A stretch of 64,000 bases of DNA, taken from assembly GCF_009914755.1 (NCBI RefSeq), contig NC_060937.1; one strand, written 5' to 3'. This stretch comes from the human T2T-CHM13v2.0 reference genome, Homo sapiens. A program made the position numbers and the translations under genes. This document shows positions 29,420-43,950 of this stretch, piece by piece. Position 1 is the stretch's first letter; every line of letters starts with the position of its first letter. A model generated the notes under the pieces. That model had not been told where the DNA came from and did not search any database. It worked only from the letters and a program-made list of their open reading frames with translations.

Positions 29420-29890
29420 TCTTGTCCAAGGTGAAAAGTGATGACTGAGCTAATATCTGGGGGAAGATTAAGATTTATGTGGGGATGAGGAATTCTTGGC
29501 AGAAGAAACACTCGTGTTGTGATAAGAAGAATTAGAGTATTTCTGAGGAACTGAAAGAAGGCCGATGTGGCAAGAAAACTGGAGAGTCAAGGAAGAGGCA
29601 GAATGATGTACAATAAGGCTAAATGGTTAAAAGACCATACAGTGTGGGGCCTTGTATGCCAATATGATTTATTTTATCCTAAGAGTAATGTGAAGTTACT
29701 AATATGTTTTAAACAGAGACATGATGTATCTGCCTGTATTTTTCAAAAAATGTCACACTGGCTATGGTGTGGAAAAATGAGAATAGATGTGGCCATGCCA
29801 AATAATGTACGTGAGAGGTGATAGTGTCTTGCTTGTCCTGATGTGATGCAAGTTGACATAAGGAAAAATGAAGGACTCAGGAAATATTTG
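29420..29890 (-). mobile_element. L2 fragment
   Basis: 'gaggaactgaaagaaggcc...ttttatcctaagagtaatgtgaag...cactggctatggtgtggaaaaatg'. Confidence 0.7.
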
Positions 29891-29974
29891 CAAATTAAGA
29901 GGATGTATTTCTTTGCTTACACTCCTCCCTCATCTATCCATCAACACAGCCTGTTATTCAAAATTACAACCTGG

Positions 29975-30150
29975 CAATGTGACCTTGGAATCATTATTTA
30001 GCTTCTTGTGCCTCAGTTTCTTATCTGCACAATGGAGTAGCTATAATATCTAACCCATAGTGTTGTTACAAGGATTTAATGAAGCGATATATACAAAGCA
30101 CTTAGAAAAGTGCTTGGCACATCTTTAACATTATATCAGTATTCAATATG
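29975..30150 (+). mobile_element. MIR
   Basis: 'tgtgaccttgg...tgcctcagtttcttatctg...aaagcacttagaaaagtgcttggcaca'. Confidence 0.8.
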
Positions 30151-30819
30151 TTGAAGATTATCATAGCAATGTATCAAGAACCTACATCTTCTAACCAAGC
30201 TTCAGTCTATAGTATCACTGTAGAGATACGAGAAGAGACTATTGAAGGAATCAGTTAAAGATTTAACTATTGCTAATGCACCCCGTTGCCTCTATTTCTG
30301 AGGACTCTATCTATGTTTGATTTATCTAAGCAATTAAAAATATTGTTCCAGAATCTTCCACAAATATTGTCCTGTCAAAAATATTTTAAAAAGTAAATTA
30401 GCAAAATATATTTTGTTAATTATATTAATATGTATCATGAAAATCTCAAGGATGATTTCATGTGGTACGTAGACATTGTTTTAAAGTGCAATGTTATAAC
30501 ATGAAAATAAAACAAATAACAATCGTTTGCAACTTTGGGATTCTAGCTCTAAATGTCAGCTTTCCATGTAGCTAAGAGTTGTTTTCTTTTAAAACAAAAA
30601 TCACAGTTGAGGTGACATTGGTAAGTGCTGTAGGGCTTACAAGCTCCAATGGGAGATATCTCAGAAGATGAGGCCACTGACCTGGGGGTTTAAAGGTTGG
30701 GTAGAATTTTGACAACCATAGATGCAAGTCATTTTAAGTGAAAGGAATCACTTGAGCGGAACATAGAAAAAAACTCAGGCTATATATGGCCATAAGCGAA
30801 TAGGTATTTTATAACTGGC

Positions 30820-31215
30820 TGTTGTAGCAACCATTTAAGTGTGCTCACTCATAACTGAATACAGCCTCTCCGCATCCACTGCTGCCTTTGCACCAAAGCC
30901 ATGCTTCTTACTAACCATTTCTGGAGAGTGACTATGCATGGTGGAATTACTAATGCAGGCCCATTCTTTTAAGACGTGGGTCTTCCTGAACTGGAGACTT
31001 TGCCTCTAGGATGCCTGGCTGAACTTTTCTTGGAAGTGTGTTGCAGTCTGAGATTCTTCCTGCCCAATCCTCCTTCCTCCCATTTTGCCTTCATGGGAGT
31101 TAGTTCTAAAGTTTCTCCCCCACTTTCTCCTGCTCTCTTCCTCTCTGTCTTTCAGGAGTGTTTACTGTAATAAGTCTTAGGGACTCTTCTACTCAGTGAA
31201 CCCAAACCTTCATAG
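30820..31215 (+). mobile_element. Old ERVL LTR (LTR16-like)
   Basis: GC-richer block with 'ttcctgcccaatcctccttcc...taataagtc...cttctactcagtgaacccaaacc'. Confidence 0.5.
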
Positions 31216-31786
31216 CTGTTAAAATAAAAAGGCTGTAAAAAAGGCTGAAAGAAATATGTTTAGTACTAGGACATAAAGGCTTTGATAACCAATTGAAGTA
31301 AAAATTTTATGTGAGACTCAGGAATCGAGTCAGGAATTTTCACAAGAGGATGACATCATTAGAACTGAACTTTCATTCGTTTAACCTGGCTCCAGCCTTT
31401 AGGACCATTGCAGGGAATATGTGAGGAGACAAGTGATGATGCTGTTACAAACAAAAACAGAACTTTTCTGTTTAAATGAATGAATGAAGATGACAAAAAT
31501 AATACAGATGGGAGACAAATCATAAAGATAGTATTAGTAGGGCCAAATCTAGATTTTATTTTTCAATATGACAGATAAATCAAATGAGAATATTTGTTAA
31601 TTTTTTCCACAACAGAAATTGAGTTTAAGCTATTCTATTCAATCATTGGCAAAAACATTAAAAATTCAGTAGGTGTAATGTTAATGTCTAGGCAATTGTC
31701 CTACTTGAAGATTATTCTCTACTGTATTCTAACAGGGTTCTGTTGACATACACAGGATTCCGTGTATACCAATATTAGCATCTTGA

Positions 31787-32154
<368 letters not shown>

Positions 32155-32997
32155 TAGGAGCTACCCTTTAAGAAATGATAGGATTATTAATAAAATTAAT
32201 GAGACTCAATATAATTTTCAGGACAGCCAACTCTCTGAGAGTTGTAGTAATTATTCTCAAAAATATATTATCACATATTGATGTTATTCAGGGATGTTAA
32301 AAATGTAAAGTCCCAAATACATGAAATGCAGCTATACTTCTTTTCTCATTTGTTTACAATTTAATAAGGGACAAGGACATATCCTTTTTGTATATACAAA
32401 TATCCGAACTTACCATAACACCTACCAAACATTTGAAGCTCAATAAATTTTGGCAAATAAATGCACAAAGTTTGTGTCATATGAAAATTGTTATTATTAT
32501 ACATCTTCCAAATTTTAATATTTTACTTTCCAACTGGATTGTAAGCTTTTTAAGAACAGGGCCTGTGTTTTACACTGTGCACTCCCCATAGCACCTAATA
32601 GACTTTCCTAACTCCAATTCATTCTTCATATTGCCACTAGAAAAAAAAATCATCCTAATACAAATGCCATCAGGCACCTTCCTGCTCATATCCATGTTTA
32701 ACATTCTCTCTGTTGCACAATGGCTTTTCTTTTTATCCTGGCCTTACACCATTGTTCGAGTCTTATTTTTGTTACATTTCTAAATCCTTTATCATTTGGT
32801 GTATTTTGCTATTACCCGAATGTTCCCTGAATTTTAACACTCTGAACCTCAGCTTATCTGATGAAATTCCACTGTTCTTTCAGATCTGACTCAAATGGGA
32901 AGTTTTCTGTAAGGTTCTCTATTGTTTTAGTAAGATTTTCTTCTTCCTGCATCTATGACCCTGCAATACTTTGCTTACTTGAATCCTTATTATGAGA

Positions 32998-33454
32998 TGT
33001 TACAGACTGAAATGATTTGGATATTTATGTCCTCCAAATCTTATGTTGAAATGTGATTCCCAATGTTGGAGGTGGAGCCTGGTGGGAAGTGATTGGGTCA
33101 TGGGGGTGGATCCCTCATGGGCTTAGAGTCATCCTCTTGGTTATGAGTGAGTTCTAGCTCCTTGAGTTCACAAGAGATCTGTTTGTTTAAAATATTGTGG
33201 CACCTCCCATTTCTCTCTCTTGATCCCACTCTTGCCACGTGATACACCAGCTTCTGCTTTGGGATGAAGGAAAAGAGGAAGCTGGTGTATCACGTGACAA
33301 GAGCTTCCTGAGGCTTCACTAAAAGGTTTGTGGATGCCAGCATCATGCTTCCTGTACAGCCTGCAGAACCATGAGCCAATTAAACATCTTCTCTTTATAG
33401 ATTACCCAGTCTCTGGTATTTCTTTATAGCAGTTCAAAAGTGAAATAACACACA
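32998..33454 (+). mobile_element. MSTB/MSTA-like MaLR solo LTR containing a fold-back insertion
   Basis: 'caaatcttatgttgaaatgtgattcccaatgttggaggtgg...gagccaattaaacatct...tctttatagcag...aacaca'. Confidence 0.88.
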
Positions 33455-35655
33455 GGAACATTGCACAATTTGTAAACATATGGTATTAAAATATTACTTA
33501 TGTAGTAACATTATACAAGCTTCTACTTTATATTTGTTATATATTTCAAATATGATAGATCTGAATTAGTAGAGATATTATTTTAATGTAACTAATACAT
33601 CTTTATATTTGAATTCATCTCCAAAGTAATTTTAAAAAAAAAGCACTGCAGAAAAAAGTTAATTACGTAATGCATTTCACGTTAAAAAGTCATTCAACAA
33701 GATTATCTTGCCTCAGTCAGATGTACAGCCCATTGCTTACCCTTTTATTGTATTTCAATAATTGCTAAATTAGATAAAATTGAGGAAATTACTCTGCATT
33801 TATAGTAAATAAAATGAAACATGTGGGTAGTGGAAAAATCATACGTTTTGAAAGCTGGCTGTTTGCATTCAGCCTAATCACTTATTAGCTGTGGGATTTT
33901 GTGAAAATTTCTTAATCTTTTTGATTCTCGCTGTGTGAATCTTGTTCCCTGAGAGTATTTTGTCCCAGGGGCCTCACTGTTTTTCCTTGCCATTGGGCCG
34001 TTAGTGGAATTTATTTAGTTTGCCTCAGTGTATTCCCCTTACTTCAGATCTGGATGATTTCCATCCCTTCACTTCAAAAGGAACCTGAGCCACATAAGTA
34101 AGTTGACCCCCACCCTTCCCAGGAAGCATCTTTCACCAAATGAGGCAGTTGTTAATAGTCTTTGTCACACCCTTACTCCAAGACCATAATATCTACATAT
34201 GTTGAGGTTGGATAACTCTGTGGCAGATATTGATAATTTATGTAGCCATACCTGATACAGAAAGGGATAATACTAGTGCAAAATATTGGGGGATAAAATG
34301 GAATGAGTTTGAAGACTTCTATATATTTTAATATTAGATTTTGTGACTAAAATGAATTTCTGATCAATATTTTATTGATTCTTTAAATTCTTTATGGTCA
34401 TCATTAACAAAAAACTTTGCCCTCCAATAGTAGCAATTTGCAGAAACTACTTTTTTGTTATGAACCAGACTCTGACAATTAATTTGTTTAAATTGAGCTT
34501 TTAAAACTTGCTGTATATATAAACACCAAAGTAATAATCACTAAATTCAGAAAGATTTTAGTAGAAAAGAAATGTGAAAAATTAGAAAAATAGAAAACTT
34601 AAGATTCAATATGCTAAATTAACATGGTAAATTAAGTAACTAAATTAAGAATCAAACTATCTGGGATGATTCAACAGGATTGTTAGCTGAGGATTCCATG
34701 ATGTGGCCTCTGTGGTGTTCTCCAGCAGTTTGTATAAATCCCTATTGACAGAAACAATTATAACTAAATGTATTAAATATCAGAGAACCATGAAAATAAT
34801 TCAAAGATAATCCACATGTGAACAGTTAGTTAATAAACCCCCTTTGTCCTGCACTGGCTAGGAATCTTTAGCAAAGACAAAAGTGTCACTAAGGTTATCC
34901 TTTGCAAATATCATCAACTTTTTTTGTAATTAAACAGAAACAAACAAACAAAAAAACCTCCAGTTATTAGGCAAAGTATCTGGCAAAGTATTTTCTTGGT
35001 ATTCAGTTAATTCTTGTCCTGCTTTGGTTAGCATTTTTTATAAACCAGTCAGTCTCTTCATTAGAATTCTGAGAAATTTTACCCAGTCCAAGCGATATGA
35101 TCCTAAATCTTTTAGAAACCTACATTCAAGAATACTTATCAGAGTCCTTTTTTATCATTTCCGTGAACCTCCTTGAAGACACAAAACTTTAGGATTTTAC
35201 TCACTTGTAAGTAACTTACAGAAATGCATAAGAATATGAACAAGACCACATATGGTCATTGTTAAAGATGCAATTAACAAGACAATTTCATTATTTCTGT
35301 GGCCAAAATAATTTAACATAATAATCAAAATTTTGACTGATAAAATATATCAAGACATATTCAAATTTTAGGAACCTTGTAAAATTTTGGAACACATATT
35401 AATAATATATCCATAAAAATTTAACTCAAAGGTTAAGCATCATGTATTATTTGACAGTAGTCCCCATATAACTTAATATGTCAGATATGAGTGTTTATTA
35501 TTTCTATTTTGGATGCTTCAGTGGCCCTCTGGGGCAACCCAAATGAAGTTAGTTTGAAGTCAGGAAGACTTAATTTTAGAATTTGAAATTTGATTTGGGG
35601 ATGGCTGTCAAATAGGTTAAAGGTTTAAAGTACTTAATCAAATAAGATCACATGT

Positions 35656-35964
35656 TGGCCTGGCAGTGGCTTACACCTGTAATCCCAGCACTTTGGGAGG
35701 CCGAGGCCAGAGGATCACCTGAGGTCAGGAGTTTAAGACCAGCCTGGCCAAACCCCATGGTGAAATCTCGTCCCTTCCAAAAAATGCAAAAAATTAGCTT
35801 GGCGTGGTGGCAGGTGCCTGTAATCCCAGCTACTCAGGAGGCTGAGGCAGGAGAATCTCCTGAACTCAGGAGGCAGAGGTTGCAGTCAGCCAAGATTGTG
35901 CCACTGCACTGCAGCCTGAGTAACAAGAGCGAAACTCCATCTCAAAAAAAAAAAAAAAAAAAAA
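35656..35964 (+). mobile_element. AluS (Sp/Sq-like) in the ERV internal region
   Basis: Full Alu with 'aacaagagcgaaactcc' and an A tail of about 21 nt. Confidence 0.92.
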
Positions 35965-38306
35965 ATCACAGGCCATTGCAATAACTATCATTCATTTAGC
36001 TAAAGTGGTAATAAAAGGTTTTTTAAAAGTAAAAACCTTTATTTTCTGATGGAGATATTTAGTTTTTCAAACCATCAAACTATCAAAAAATCTGAGATAG
36101 CATGAAACAATCCATCTCTTCTCTCTCCTTTCTTTTTTGGAGTTTACTCAAAAGGTGAACAAAAATCTTTCACTATCTCTTATTAATGATGATATACTAA
36201 ATTCTTGTTCAAAAGATAAACCAATTTTTACTTTTATATTAGTGTATTATCAATACAAAAGCTAATTTTAATAATCCTATAAACCAATTCATTTAATCCT
36301 GGTCAGCTTTTGACCACACAAGATAAGATTTCCGTAAACCTTTTATAAGTTCTTATAATTTTTTTCTGTTTTCCTCAACTTTTTAGATCCATTTTGTTTT
36401 ATCTGTACCATTTTTTCCTTCATTTTGAAACAACATTTAAATAATCTCTAAACCAGACAAAATGACTTTTTCTTACACAAAAATCACATCTTCATGCCTT
36501 TTAAAATAAACTTTTTCACTAAAGCCACATCTTTCTTTATAAAGTCTGTATATAGAATTGTCATATCTAGTAGTTTTAATTACATATATTAAGTATAATT
36601 TTCACTGTTAGTAATCCTAATTTCCAGTGAAAAATTTAGGAAGTAATTTTGAACTGTTTTATAAGAGCATTTATAGAAAAGAACCATCTCGTAATTTTTT
36701 AAGAAAGCTATTTCCTCAATTTTTTTGTTTACTGACAGATCTAATTATATTTAGCTTTTCCATAGCATATAAAAATAAGATGACTGAGTACATAATAAAC
36801 CTAAACTATGTTTAATAATTAATGTTTCCGTATTTTTATTTACCTAGAAAATACTCATTTTATGATTATTAATTAAATATAACATGACTTAAATAATTTA
36901 AATTGCTGAAAATAAGTTTGAAACGATGACACAGGTACCCTCCCTAATGTTCCCCCCAGGGTATTCTGGGTCCCAAGAGCTTACATGGCACCCATGGATG
37001 GAAATTAAGGGCAGGGCTTGTCTATGTCCAGAATTTACATACCAGGTGTAGAACTCAGGAAAGAGAACACCTCCCAGCAGGGAGGCGAATCTGGGCCGAG
37101 GAAGATGGGTCTATATTAAGATTCACTCTGCCTTGTAGCTGTTGACCAAGGCACAGAGTACATGTTCTCAAGCCTCACCATGGCCACCTGTCCAGACCTC
37201 AGAATCTAGAGACTCAAAACTAAAGACGTAAGCTCACAGTAAGATGTGTGCAAGGCTCTGGGGGTGCCCAGCAGCCATCTTTGACAGCATTAGCGCATGA
37301 ACAAATCAAGCAGGTATCAAAAATATTACAGAACCAATAGTTTTATAACCTAAGAACATGTAGCAGAGACTGCATAAACCTGTCTAACCAGAAGACACAG
37401 GCAAAAATGTCTAAATTATATTTAATAATGATAATTTGGAGACATTTCTATTTTATTTTACCAATTTTACAGTTAGCTTTATTTACTAAACATTATCTTA
37501 GATCACATAGAAATATTACATATACATAACATAAAGACATATAGACAGAGACAAAGTAGATCTTATAAGTTTCATTAAGATTTTTTATTTGCCAGCTTAC
37601 AGATAGTCTGAATGTGGAAAAGAAAACTATCCATCTTCTAGTTACCTGCTTCATTGCTCTACTCAATTGTTAGGTAGGCAACCTTAAATTCGCATTTCTA
37701 CAGGGATGACTTTTAGGTGAAATAAGATAGAAAATTTATATCTCAAAACCTCAGAGCTGAGACTTCATGCCTAAATATTGTATCGTCATTTGCCCAAACC
37801 AAAGAAAAAGACCATAGGCAAAGGCCCGGTTAAGACAAGATTGCCAGGCAAAGCACCTGAAACAAAGGTAAGACTGGTTAGGCAAACTTAACAAATTGTC
37901 ATTAATTGTTATTAAACTTAAAACAATAGTAAGAGTTTCTAGTGACTCAAACCCTCCTCTCTTCCAGTGTACATAGGCAAAAAGACACCCTCGCGAATGG
38001 AGGTTTTCTTTAAACCTCTTCTTTTACAAAAGGTTTTTAAATAGTCTGGTAAATGTCAAAAACGTAAATTTTGAATACCAATTTAGTTCAATAATCAGAC
38101 TTTTTAACTTAGTTTCTGATCCTTAGCTAAAACTACTACATTCAGTGCTAAGCCTATTAAGGAGTAAGACAAAGAAAGCATACTCTCTGCCTAGACTCAG
38201 TATGGATAACTGAAAAAGAAACCAGGGATTGAGAGCCTCAGCTGAGGACCTACCTTTTGTAAACACCTTATCCAGAATTATTTTCATCTTTGGGGCAGGA
38301 TAGTAA

Positions 38307-38667
<361 letters not shown>

Positions 38668-39079
38668 TAGTCACTTAAGCAGTTTATCTGCTTTTTATAA
38701 AGACTTTTTTCAGGAGGCAATACAAATCCTGAAATATTTTTAGATGTTTCTGCACATCAATAAGCATCCCTGGATGAGCCTAAGGGGGGAGTCCTCAATT
38801 TTAAATGCACTTTTTAAAATACAATATAGTTTATTTTGAATGTCCCACTGTAATTTTAAATTATCTTTAGTAAGATTTTACCATTTTTCTGATTGCTGCT
38901 TCTGGGGCCTAATTCTGGGAGCTTTGGAATCAGAGAGAAAGTTTACCCACAACAGAATCTCCCATTGTTGCCAGAGAGCAATGAACAAAATGGGCCCAGT
39001 TGACAACTCACTTGGTCACTCAATGCTCCTGGGAGTTGCCAGGAAAAGCTTAACTTTAAATCCCACTTCTGGCACCATC

Positions 39080-39518
39080 TGTTAAAAGAAAACCTTAAGA
39101 CAAATTAAATTTGAAAATGTTTAATTGAACAGAGAACAATATAAGAATCTGGCAGCATAATGAACCAGAATAGTTTCAGAGTGACTCCAGGGCTGCCACA
39201 TGGTCAGATAATATTTGTAGACAGAAAGGAAAATGATGCACAGAAAACAGAAATTGAGATGCAGAAATAGCTGGATTGGTTACAGGTCAGCATTTACTTT
39301 ATTTGAACACAGTTTGAACAGTTGGCTGCCTGTGGTTGGCTGAAACTCTATTTATTAATACAAAAATAGGCTACAGCCTGTTTACACCTCCAGTTAGGTT
39401 ACAGTTTACTAGGTATGATGGAACTTTAGGCTAAACTTGATGTAAGGAGGTGGATTTAGGTTAAACTTAGGCTAAATTTGATGTAAGGAGGCAGATTTGG
39501 GATAAACTTCATTTAACA
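39080..39518 (-). mobile_element. MER57-type LTR (5' LTR, followed by the PBS)
   Basis: TGTTAA...TTAACA termini and CCAAT-like boxes. Homologous to the LTR at 42090 but in the opposite orientation. Internal ~39-bp tandem duplication at about 39425-39510. Confidence 0.82.
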
Positions 39519-42089
39519 GTATATATAAGGTTGGTGGACAATAATTAATTGAATACCAGGAAAATACTATGCCAGATTTTCATGCTACATCAGTCAGTAC
39601 TGAAATTGTTAAGATATGCCCTTTGGATAAACTCCATGGTCCAAGTCAAATTACCAATGATAACGCATTTAATAAATGTGCTATGCACTTTAATTGGAGA
39701 AACAAAATTGGTCCTTGAAAGGATATAAGTCCAATGTTAAGTGTTGACTCATGGGGAGTCTCAATGGCTGCCTGGTTTTTCCTGAATCCTTGAAGCTTCC
39801 ATTATTAAAAGTTCTGCACTCAATGACTCATCATGGAATAGATAAAATGATCCAAATTATATTAAAATATATGTTGATGAGTGACTGTTCTAAATTGCTA
39901 AGATGGTTTATGATCAATCTTTAGTTTGTCAAACCCATAATTGTTGAAAGATAATCACAACTTCAAGTATATTTCTATTACCATTTGATCGTTTAGACAG
40001 ATTTCATTCAATTACCATTTCTCAATGCACCTTTTCTGGTTGTTTAGAAACTTTCCCATGCAAGAGGCCCAATGCTAACAGTAGCTAAAAGGTTATCAGA
40101 AAATACGTTTCCCTCATGGGGCATTTCTAAATAAATCTTCAGCAACAGAAGTACTTACTTCCCTAGACAAGTTGTAAAATCTGTAAATAAGGTATTACAG
40201 ACACAATGGCATTAGGCAAAACTAACTGAATTAACTGAATTTTCTTGGTCAAAGGTATTGATGATTGATGACAATTAATCTACTTCCCATGGAAAACATA
40301 AACTGATCCTTTATGAGATAGCCATTGGAAGGCCTATCCCTAAAATTAGATCAGCTTCTCGACTCTGATATGACTAAGTGCTGCAAGGCTTTAAAGCATT
40401 ATGCCAAAGTGTATTTTCACTAGGTAAAGGATGCTTTTCATGATTCACCAACTGAGGACAATCAAACTCTTCATGATCTAAAATCCATGTCTTCTGGAAA
40501 CAATAGCAGATAAAGAGTGTCCTTGAGGTCCACACTGCAGGAAAACTTTAAAACTTTGAATCTTAGGCTCATAATCTCACAAATCAGAAGGGCTGCTCCA
40601 GACTCTTGGAACTGTGCACCCATTGAAGACCTTAAGGTAAAGCTAATCAGGGAAGTTTCTCCCCAGAAGCAGACAGCATCCTAGATTGACAGCTTTCCCA
40701 AGATCATAAGTTAAGATTTCTCTGCCATCATGAGACGCTTACCTCAATTTTTTCTTATGTCTCTATGAACAATAAAACTGGAAAAGGGGTCTTGTGTGCA
40801 CCCATGGGGTATATCTTTATTTGTGGAGGATTTTGTTTCCAACCTTATACATGGGCAAAATTATGCTTTTGATTGATGGGAAATGAAGGGCCAATGTAGA
40901 TAAGGAAGTTTAGTAGTAATTTTCTTGCTCCATAATCAGTCAGAAGCAGAACATTTGTCCACTCCTCTTAACCTACATCATAAGTTTAAGAGAAATTGCC
41001 AGGAAACATTTACTCTTCTGGATGGGCATCCTTTGTTAGGTTTCTTTTTCCATGATTTGGAATAAATGAGGCAAGAATTAGAATTGTGTCCCTCATAAAA
41101 AGTTCTATAGCAGATTCTACTGCAAAGGCCACGGTTGCACAACAGACTTCATTAAATTTTCTTACTAGAGTTGTGCTAGGTAACAGAATTGACCTAGATT
41201 ACTTACTGGCTGAATAGAAAACAATCTGTGCAGTTGCTGACACTTCTTGCTGTACATGGATGACTAGTTTGGGTATTATAGAGACTCAGTTGCAGGAGGT
41301 TAATAAACTAGCTCCTAGATCTGGCTCATTCTTTGATCTATTTTAATTAGTTGGTTTGGTTCATGGAGACTTTTGCTAAGGAGCATCCTCTAAACTCTCG
41401 ATATTATCTTCCTGATGGTCACAATAGTAGTGTCCCTGGTGCACTGTTTTCTCTCAAAAGTTGTTAATGTTTACATGTATGCATATGTAGAATATCAAAT
41501 GCGCTCTCTTTGACTGAGATGACAAAAACTCAAATAAATGTGTGATCACGAGGACACTTTAACCTATGAATGATGTGCTGAGACCTGAAACCATAAATGA
41601 TAGTAATTGGTAGTAGCACTAAAGCCCCGTTTTGGTCACACTCTCACCTAGGTGAGAACCTGACCAAAAATGTGGAATTATTAAACAAAATGATGGGAAG
41701 CCAATGTTCTGAAACTGAGCTCTTGCACTAGGCCCCCACAGACCAAATTAAAATGGAGTCACTAGTGCTAAATGCTTTGGAATCAAACAGAAATGTTAAA
41801 GAAGATAGATCCCAAAACAGAGCAGTGTTTTATTTTTCTCCAGAAAACAGGAGATTCCAGCATAATAAGAAAGTCTCCTCTGTTGTAACCCTTACAAAAA
41901 AGTAACCTGAAGTAACCATTTTTTTTTCTATTGTTCTGTTTTCCTGTTTCCACCTTACAAAACGCTCTGCTCTATTGCCTAGTGGGATTTGATACCAAAT
42001 AAGTCCACTTTCTATCATAACAGAATGACATCTATGCCTGAAGTTTTGATCAATCCCTCAAAATTGAGAGGTTGACAAAATGGGGGAAA
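39519..42089 (+). mobile_element. ERV1 internal 3' portion: integrase and env remnants, polypurine tract
   Basis: Integrase-like 'gatttcattcaattacc' and 'gaaactttcccatgcaaga'. PPT-like 'gagaggttgacaaaatgggggaaat' just before the 3' LTR. Confidence 0.75.
41101..41262 (+). pseudogene. Defective gammaretroviral-type env TM segment (heptad, immunosuppressive domain, CX6CC)
   Basis: Translates SSIADSTAKATVAQQTSLNFLTRVVLGNRIDLDYLLAE*KTICAVADTSCCTWM, with an in-frame TAG at 41215-41217. Confidence 0.85.
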
Positions 42090-42442
42090 TCGTTGAATTA
42101 AATTTAGCCTGAAGCTGCTTCCGTGCATATTTTAAGTTTGCCCTAAAGATTTCTTTATTCATAGTGAACTGTATAAATCACAGAATTTCAGCCAATCACA
42201 GGTGATCAACTGTTAAAACCATGTTTAAATAAGGCAAATGTCCAGCTGTCACCAATCAAGTTGTTTCCATACACTGTTTTCTGTACATCACTTTCCTTTT
42301 TCTGTACATCACTTTCCTTTTTCTTTCCATAAATATTATTCAACCACATGGCAGAATTGCTCTGAATCTATTCTGGTTCGAAGGGAGGCCCAATTTTCAA
42401 ATCATTCTTTATTCAATTAAACTCTTAAGGTTTTTGTCTTCA
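42090..42442 (+). mobile_element. MER57-type LTR (3' LTR, preceded by the PPT)
   Basis: 'gttgaattaaatttagcctgaagctgc...agccaatcac...accaatca...ataaatatt...attaaac'. Internal ~20-bp duplication at about 42277-42320. Confidence 0.8.
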
Positions 42443-42631
42443 GTTTTATTGATTTGTACTCAGTAGAAGAGATATGACCTTATCTATAAATGAATAAAGT
42501 CCTAAATTCATAACATTTCTACTAAAAAAATGGCACAAAGAAAAAATACTTTGCATCGCTATCATGAGTAAGTATGTAAGAGTTCCAAGAAACAAAAGAT
42601 TTTGAAGCCAATGTAAGCCTTTGGGAGAAAG

Positions 42632-42790
42632 TCTTCTAGACACTTCCTGCTCAATGAGTGATCCTGGCACCAAGAACATCAGCATCATTTGGGAACATTT
42701 AGAAATGCAGAATACCTCTCAACACAGATCGACTCAATTCTAATCTGAATTTTAAGAAGATTCCAAGGTAATCACATGCACATTAAAAAA
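42632..42790. mobile_element. MER5-type DNA transposon
   Basis: 'catcagcatcatttgggaacatttagaaatgcagaat...ttttaagaagattccaaggtaatc...tgcacattaaa'. Confidence 0.7.
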
Positions 42791-42873
42791 GTATCTATGT
42801 TCTTCAAAGAGGAAAACCTATACCCTAGAGGGTGCATAATGCAATCATTTGGGGTATGCAAATAAAATATTAG

Positions 42874-43226
<353 letters not shown>

Positions 43227-43544
43227 TATCTTTGCATGTTTTATAGTGATGGTAATCTTAGTTCATTAATACATTTATATACTTTATGAATAATATGAAA
43301 CACATATTGATGTAAAAGCTCAAGATTTGTATACTAATAGATATCTTATACAAAATATTAAAGACCATGTCTCAGACCATCCTTTGCTTTGCTATCACAT
43401 AAGAACATACTAATTTCAGGTAAGATAATGAGAGCTTGATTCAAACTTAAAATTGTTTTATAATGAGAGTCAATACTAGGTAATATTAAAAAGGAAAAAC
43501 TCTTATCTTTAATTCCTACAATGTCCGTGTCACAATGTCCATGT

Positions 43545-43950
43545 CACAGAGACTGATAATTGGCCACCACACTTTCTCTCCTCCTTGTCCTATCCTAATA
43601 GAGCCACTAGTTTTTAGCTGGCTATATAGCCATACAGGAAGATAAAAGATAGAATTTTTAGTCTTTTACAGCTAGATAGAGTGATTTGACCAGAGCAGAG
43701 GTATACTTTGGAATGCTGTGCAATGGATAGAATTGAAGCAACCACCCAGGCAATGCTACCCTCCGATCTGTTGCTAAACAGAGAAGGAAGAAGCGAGAAG
43801 ACCTCTGATGCTCTAAGGGCTTTCAGCTGAATGGTGGTTTTGCTCCACAGAGGCTCATCTCCTGACTTTACCACAGGGAAAAAATTGTTTCACCTAAGTT
43901 ATTGCTATTTTGGATTTTACTCTTAGCCTCAGTTGACTAACAGATTCTAA
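43545..43950 (+). mobile_element. MLT1-type MaLR LTR (MLT1J/L-like)
   Basis: 'ctaatagagccactagtttttagctgg...cctgactttacc...cacctaagtttattgctattttgg'. Confidence 0.5.

Noticed and set aside
39060-39078. tRNA-Leu gene
   Set aside because: Only the 18 nt matching the tRNA 3' end are present, adjacent to an LTR, so this is a primer binding site.
40900-41500. Domesticated syncytin-like env gene
   Set aside because: There is an in-frame stop within the TM region and no long ORF.
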